This document shows positions 52,090 through 57,221 of a DNA stretch of 57,221 nucleotides, piece by piece (the first letter of the stretch is position 1; each line of letters begins with the position of its first letter). Source of the DNA: Vicugna vicugna (Eukaryota); NCBI GenBank assembly GCA_013265495.1, contig MU058720.1, positions 1-57,221 on the forward strand. The letters run 5' to 3'. The notes below the pieces were generated by a model. It did not search any database. It had not been told where the DNA came from and worked only from the letters and a program-made list of their open reading frames with translations. The translations under genes and the position numbers were made by a program.

Positions 52090-52695
52090 TACCTGCTTTC
52101 TTTCACATTTTACATCCAATTCTGTCAGCTCCCCTTTCAGAATACGTCCAGAATCTGAGCATCGTGGTTCAGAAGGGCTATCGCGATGACCCTGTGACTG
52201 CTGTCCACGCCCCCGCCCCTGCCCCACTGCCGTGGCTGCGCGAAGCCCGCAGCTGGGGGGTCCTCACACCCGTTCCTCGGGGGCCTCGCTGACTCGGCTC
52301 TTACTTCCCTCCCCGCTGCCACTGAGGCTCATCATCCTTTGAACATGACAAGAATATAATATTTGGCACAGGATTTACATTTGCTGTTACTTCTGCCTGC
52401 AGATTTCTTTACTCAGGGTTCACAAACTCTGTGTTTTCATGTCAGTGCTAAATACGGTTTTATCAGAAAAGTCTTCCCCAAGAATACAATCAAAATATAC
52501 TATCACTCTCTCTTCTCATTACCTACCTTGTTTTTCTTTTTCAGACTTACCACATCTGATCACTTCAGTTTCATCTCCCTAAAATGTAAGTTCCATGAGA
52601 AAGTTGGTTATCTCTTTTTTCTCCCATGGATGCATTCTTAGAACCTGTAAAAGTATTTGACACACATTGGTGCTTCATCAATATTTGATGAATGG
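52090..52695 (+). mobile_element. L2 (L2a-like) 3' region
   Basis: 'acatccaattctgtcagctc..ttcagaatacgtccagaatctga', 'aatgtaagttccatgag' and the terminal 'caatatttgatgaatg'. Confidence 0.8.
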
Positions 52696-52919
52696 GTTAC
52701 TTTGCTGAATAATAAATGCTTAGGTCTCACCACTTTTTATCAACGGAAGAAGTTAGTGTGATATTTCTTGAAGCTTTTAACTACCTTGCTACAAAAGAGC
52801 AAGGATGGGCAGAAAAACAGTACATGCACTGTTACAGGCACAGAAAAAGTCACAAGATCTACTGAAGATAACACAGATGGAAAGGAAGAACAAATGTCCT
52901 TTTATTCAGAGTAGCCTAT

Positions 52920-53560
52920 TTTTGTTTTATGAATGTGAACTTTTCTTGAGTTTTTGACAATAAAAGCTAGATCCTTTTTTCCCCATTTTCTATTTTCTTG
53001 AAAGTTGGTTTCTTTGACTGTTTTCTCTAGTTTCCCTGTCTTCATGGTCCTCACATGTCTACTGAGAATTCATTGTCCATTCATATAAAGCATAGGGATC
53101 AGTAATAATGAGTGGTAATAAATGATCAGTATTCAAAACTAATGAGTTTCCTTATAGAGATCGCTGTTCTGTAGCAGGAAATGCAGGTGTGAATGGAAAA
53201 GCCCTCACTGTGATAAAAGGGTAAGGTTTTCCTCAGTCTGTGAGCTGTATACACCATATGGGAAAGACTAAAGTGACCTCAAATACTGTCTTGTGTATCT
53301 TGGTAGCCCTACCATACTTTCTAGGGAAGTACATACACTGATTCGACATTTTCCTTGGAGGGCTGGTCTTTCTGGCTATATTGAACCTACGAACAAACCA
53401 CAGATTTTGCTGTTTTGGTATGGATGGGAGAGGACTGGCCAGTGAGTTATCCTTTAGGAGACGATACAGCAGATTCCAGCCAACGGCTTGTAGGAGTTGC
53501 CCAGGGCAACTGTTAAACATTTCTTCCGTAGTTCTGCTGTGTCTACTTGCTAATTCCTCT
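52920..53560 (-). mobile_element. HAL1/ancient L1 5' remnant
   Basis: 'tcctcacatgtct..ttgtccattcatataaag' resembles antisense HAL1. Confidence 0.35.
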
Positions 53561-53734
53561 GGCTGTATTTAGTTATGTTGTTGATTTGAACAAAAGAGCT
53601 CCTTAATTTCCATAATCCTTCAATGTAACTGGTTGACTTTTCTAATTATTTGAGAAGCTATATATTTATTTAAATTTCATCTTTGTAGTGTATCTTCTCA
53701 TGACAGTTCAGGCAAAAAAAAAAAAGCATCGCAC

Positions 53735-54060
53735 CCAATCCTTTCAATCACGTATGTCAAATACGTGTTGGGTGTTGAGTGGTTTCTTTGCCATGTACGT
53801 GAATACAAGTAAAGGATTCATGGGCCAGGTTGGCCCAGTGGAGGAGACGGGAGAGATCACAGATAATGTAGCAGACTAAGTGCCATCGAAGTGGTGAACT
53901 TGAGATAACATATGTCACAAACACAAGGCGTTTGGGGCTGCTTATAGAAGAGCTGATACTTGCGCTGGGTACTGAAGAACAGGACTTAAACAGGCAAAGC
54001 GGGCTGGGGGAACAAAGGCCAGAAACGGAAGCTTCGGAAAGAATATTCTAGGTGGAGAAG
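53735..54060 (-). mobile_element. L2 remnant
   Basis: 'cccagtggaggagac..agagctgatacttgcgctgggtactgaaga..ggaaagaatattctaggtggag' resembles antisense L2. Confidence 0.6.
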
Positions 54061-54772
54061 CTATAATTGGATATGATATAACATAATACAATTAATAAAA
54101 AGTAACCTATAAACAATCTTCATCTTCAAGACTTCATTGCTGCAACTAGAATAAAATATTTACTGGCAGCAGGAAACGGAGGTTTATAAACTGGTCTCCA
54201 GACATTCTTTCTTTCTTTCTCAATATTGTTTTTCATAATACTATATTTGTTTTCAAGAAGCCAAGTTGTTAGGTCAGAGCGGTGCTGTGATGTATCTAAA
54301 ACACTGTAAGGTCAGTGTCCAAATAAGCTCAGATCCCCTGTGCTTTGAAAGTCATGCAGCTTTATGGTGAAAACTCACAGTCAATTAATTTTTTGTAGTT
54401 ACGTTTTTCATTTTATGACACTCAAGATATTTCCTTTTCCTCTGTTGAAACACTACACACACTGCAAACCATAAACATACTGGTTTTCCAGTGTGCAATT
54501 AAAACTGCCCAAACTCTAGGGACCAGAAGCAATATTATTTGACCTTGTGTGGGCTATAGTTATAATATTCACCAACCAAATTATAATAAAACAAATAAGA
54601 GGTTAATGAAATTGCTTCGCTTCTTTTAAATTCACAATAAAATATAGTGCTAATTAAATATGTTTATTTCTACTTCTGTCTTTCCCATTCTGTCTCCATT
54701 TTGCCTTACATTTACATAGTCCTTTTAAAGCTTGATCCAAAACTTTTCAATTCCTTTGGATTATTAACTTCC

Positions 54773-54796
54773 GTGTGTGTGTGTGTGTGTGTGTGT
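54773..54796 (+). repeat. (GT)12 microsatellite
   Basis: Seen directly. Confidence 0.9.
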
Positions 54797-54914
54797 TTAT
54801 TCTGATAGAAAACTAACATGTTCTCTAGTTTTTCACCAATGTGTATTTCACACTAATAACATTACTGGGACCTTGCATGCCGAGATAAGGTCTGAATAAT
54901 CTTTCTTAAGTATC

Positions 54915-56325
54915 ATTTTTAAATAGTTTTGACATATAATTGCACATATTTAAAGCATAATTTTATAGCTTCTGATACATGCATGTGTCCAAGATACTGT
55001 TGCCAAAATCTTTATAAACATATTTATCATTCTTAAAAATGTGTATGTGTTCCTTTGTAATCTCTCTCTTTCCCCTGTATGACTAGTTAACTCCCCTCCC
55101 CCATCCCCAGAGAAACCATGGATGAGTTGTCTACAATCTTTCCATAGATTCATTTGCATTTTCTAACTCTACTATTTTACATAAATGAAATCATAAATTG
55201 TACTCTTAACTTAATCCACTCAACCATAATTACTTTAAAATTCACCCATGTTGGGATAAGTAGCAATAGTTTCTTCATTGTTGTTGAATAGTATTCAACT
55301 TTATAGATATAACACATTTGTTTACAAGTGTATTCATTGACTAATATTTGGGTTGCATCCAATATCCAGCCATTACAATGAAAGTTGTTATGAGCACTTA
55401 TGTACAAGTCTTAATATATGCATGTGCTCCCATTTATCTTGGGTAAGTCTTAGGAGTGGGAAGTCTAGATCACACAGAAGGTGTACAGTTAACTTTAAAA
55501 GAAACAGCCACATCTTTTCTAAAATGACTGTATAATGTTACATTCCTGCCATCAGCGTATGAGAAGTACAGTTCCACCTTATCCTTGCCAAAATTTTAAT
55601 AGTCAATCTCTTTCATTCTTTCCATTCTAATATATGTGAAATGGAATCTCATTATGGTTACGATTTTCATTTTCTAGTGATTATTCATGTTGAGTATCTT
55701 TTCATATGCTTAATGACTCATCATCTTTGGTAAAGAATTTTTTCATAAATTTTGCCCATTTGTTTTTAACTGGGTAATTTTGAGTTTCCTGGGTAGAAGT
55801 CCTTTATCAGAAATAATGATTTATAAATATTTTCTTCCAGTCTGTAACTGGTTTGTTGATTCTTTTTACATTGCCTTTCAAAGAAAAGAAGCTTTTAATT
55901 TTAATGAAGGCCAATATATCGGTTTGTTCTTTTATGGGCTTTGTTTTTGGTATCAAATCTTAAAACGTGTTTGTATAAACACAAGGTCATGTGCATTTTT
56001 CCCTATGCATTTTAATGGAAGTTTTATCATTGTAGGTGTTACATTTGAGTTAATTGTTGTACATGGTATGAACTATGAATCTAAGGGGTTTATTTTGTTT
56101 GTTTTGCATAAGGTTATAAATTGGTCCACCTACTGAAGTACTCTTCCCCTTTTTGTTAAAAATGGGTTGCCTGTGTTTTGTTTCATTTCACTGATCTATT
56201 TTTTTGGTCTGCATGTCAATTCCACACAGCCTTGACTACTGCACCATTATAATAAGTATTGAAATCAGGTAGTTTTGTTCATCTTTGACAAAGTGTTTTG
56301 GCTATTCTAGGTTCTTTACATCTCT
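54915..56325 (-). mobile_element. Old L1 (L1MC/ME-type) 3'UTR + ORF2 C-terminal fragment
   Basis: Antisense L1 text 'acattcctgccatcagcgtatgaga', 'aatggaatctcattatggtt', 'aataagtattgaaatcaggtag'. Confidence 0.85.
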
Positions 56326-56863
56326 AAGTACATGACTGGGAAGAAGAAGCAAGATGGCAGAGTAAAAAGACGCTTGTAGCTCATCCTCTCCCACATACCA
56401 AAACTCACATCTACAGACCCACTCAGCCACCCAGAGCACCTGCTGAACTCTGACAGAACATCGCCCTCTTCGAAAGACAAAGATGCCAAAAATCTGGTAG
56501 GAGAAAAGGAAAAAAGAAGAAAAAGCAAAACAGTGCGGGACAGATCCCGCAGGGAGGGAAGAAATCAGGTAGTTTTGTTCATCTTTGACAAAGTGTTTTG
56601 GCTATTCTAGGTTCTTTACATCTCTAAGTACATGACTGGGAAGGAGAAGCAAGATGGCAGAGTAAAAAGATGCTTGTAGCTCACCCTCTCCCACATATGC
56701 ACCAAAACTCACATCTACAGACCCACTCAGCCACCCAGAGCACCTGCTGAACTCTGACAGAACATCGCCCTCTTCGAAAGACAAAGATGCCAAAAATCTG
56801 GTAGGAGAAAAGGAAAAAAGAAGAAAAAGCAAAACAGTGCGGGACAGATCCCGCAGGGAGGGA
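56261..56863 (+). repeat. Direct tandem duplication, 300 bp period
   Basis: 56261-56559 vs 56561-56863; 3 substitutions and a 4-bp indel. Confidence 0.95.
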
Positions 56864-57221
56864 GTGGCTAAGGAGGACTGGTGCTCATTCTCTGGGTCCC
56901 CTCCTCCGACAGAGAGGCCAGTGGGACAGAAGAGGAGCCTCCAAGACTCAGATCTGCCCTAAGCACCCCTTGACCGACAGAACTGAGTTAAATGTGCACA
57001 AAGGGTCCCCGTGACACCCAGCCCAAGACGCAAGCCAGTAGCTGGGGCTGGGACAGGCCTCCTGAGTTGGGCAGAGGACTGGGGCGACTGCACTGAGGCA
57101 GCCCTGGGGGACTGCAGTGTGCTGTGCTCCATGACTTGGAAGGGGTACAGAGTGAACAACCTCAGTTCCCTATAATTTGCGAAAAAAGCAAAGCAACATG
57201 GCTGGTGTGCCCTGGGGGGAG
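56338..57221 (+). mobile_element. 5'UTR of a younger L1 running off the window end
   Basis: Begins 'gggaagaagaagcaagatggcagagta' (YY1-type CAAGATGGC at the L1 5' start), followed by a GC-richer 5'UTR. Confidence 0.75.

Noticed and set aside
56316..56832. Two similar ORFs with hydrophobic N-termini (MLFLLFSFSP..) as secreted peptides
   Set aside because: Antisense readings of a duplicated L1 5'UTR purine tract.
1..57221. A novel multi-gene system, CRISPR array or prokaryote-style operon
   Set aside because: The sequence is mammalian repeat-rich non-coding DNA. There is no regularly spaced repeat-spacer array, and no ORF reaches 175 aa.

Overview
Mammalian, AT-rich, repeat-dense non-coding genomic DNA (intronic or intergenic). 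It is most likely from a camelid (camel/alpaca group), because it carries Vic-1-type tRNA-derived SINEs. I can support no intact protein-coding gene, RNA gene or CRISPR array: the recognisable ORFs are LINE-1 ORF1/ORF2 fragments, a decayed hAT (Zaphod-like) transposase or low-complexity frames, and the rest are short ORFs with no recognisable homology. The window holds many L1s of different ages, L2/MIR/CR1 relics, DNA transposon relics (Zaphod-like, MER8-like, MER20, MER5-like), a complete LTR-int-LTR MaLR (MLT1-type) and an LTR40-like solo LTR. There is also a 512-N assembly gap flanked by near-identical duplicated sequence, plus five 227-300 bp tandem duplications, most of which look like diploid-assembly artefacts. 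I found no evidence for a novel biological system. The best leads are modest: nested-transposon chronology, a poly(A)-only insertion with a clean target-site duplication (TSD), candidate enhancers, and two candidate minus-strand micro-exons. Repeat names come from recalled consensus sequences, not a database search, and their boundaries are approximate.
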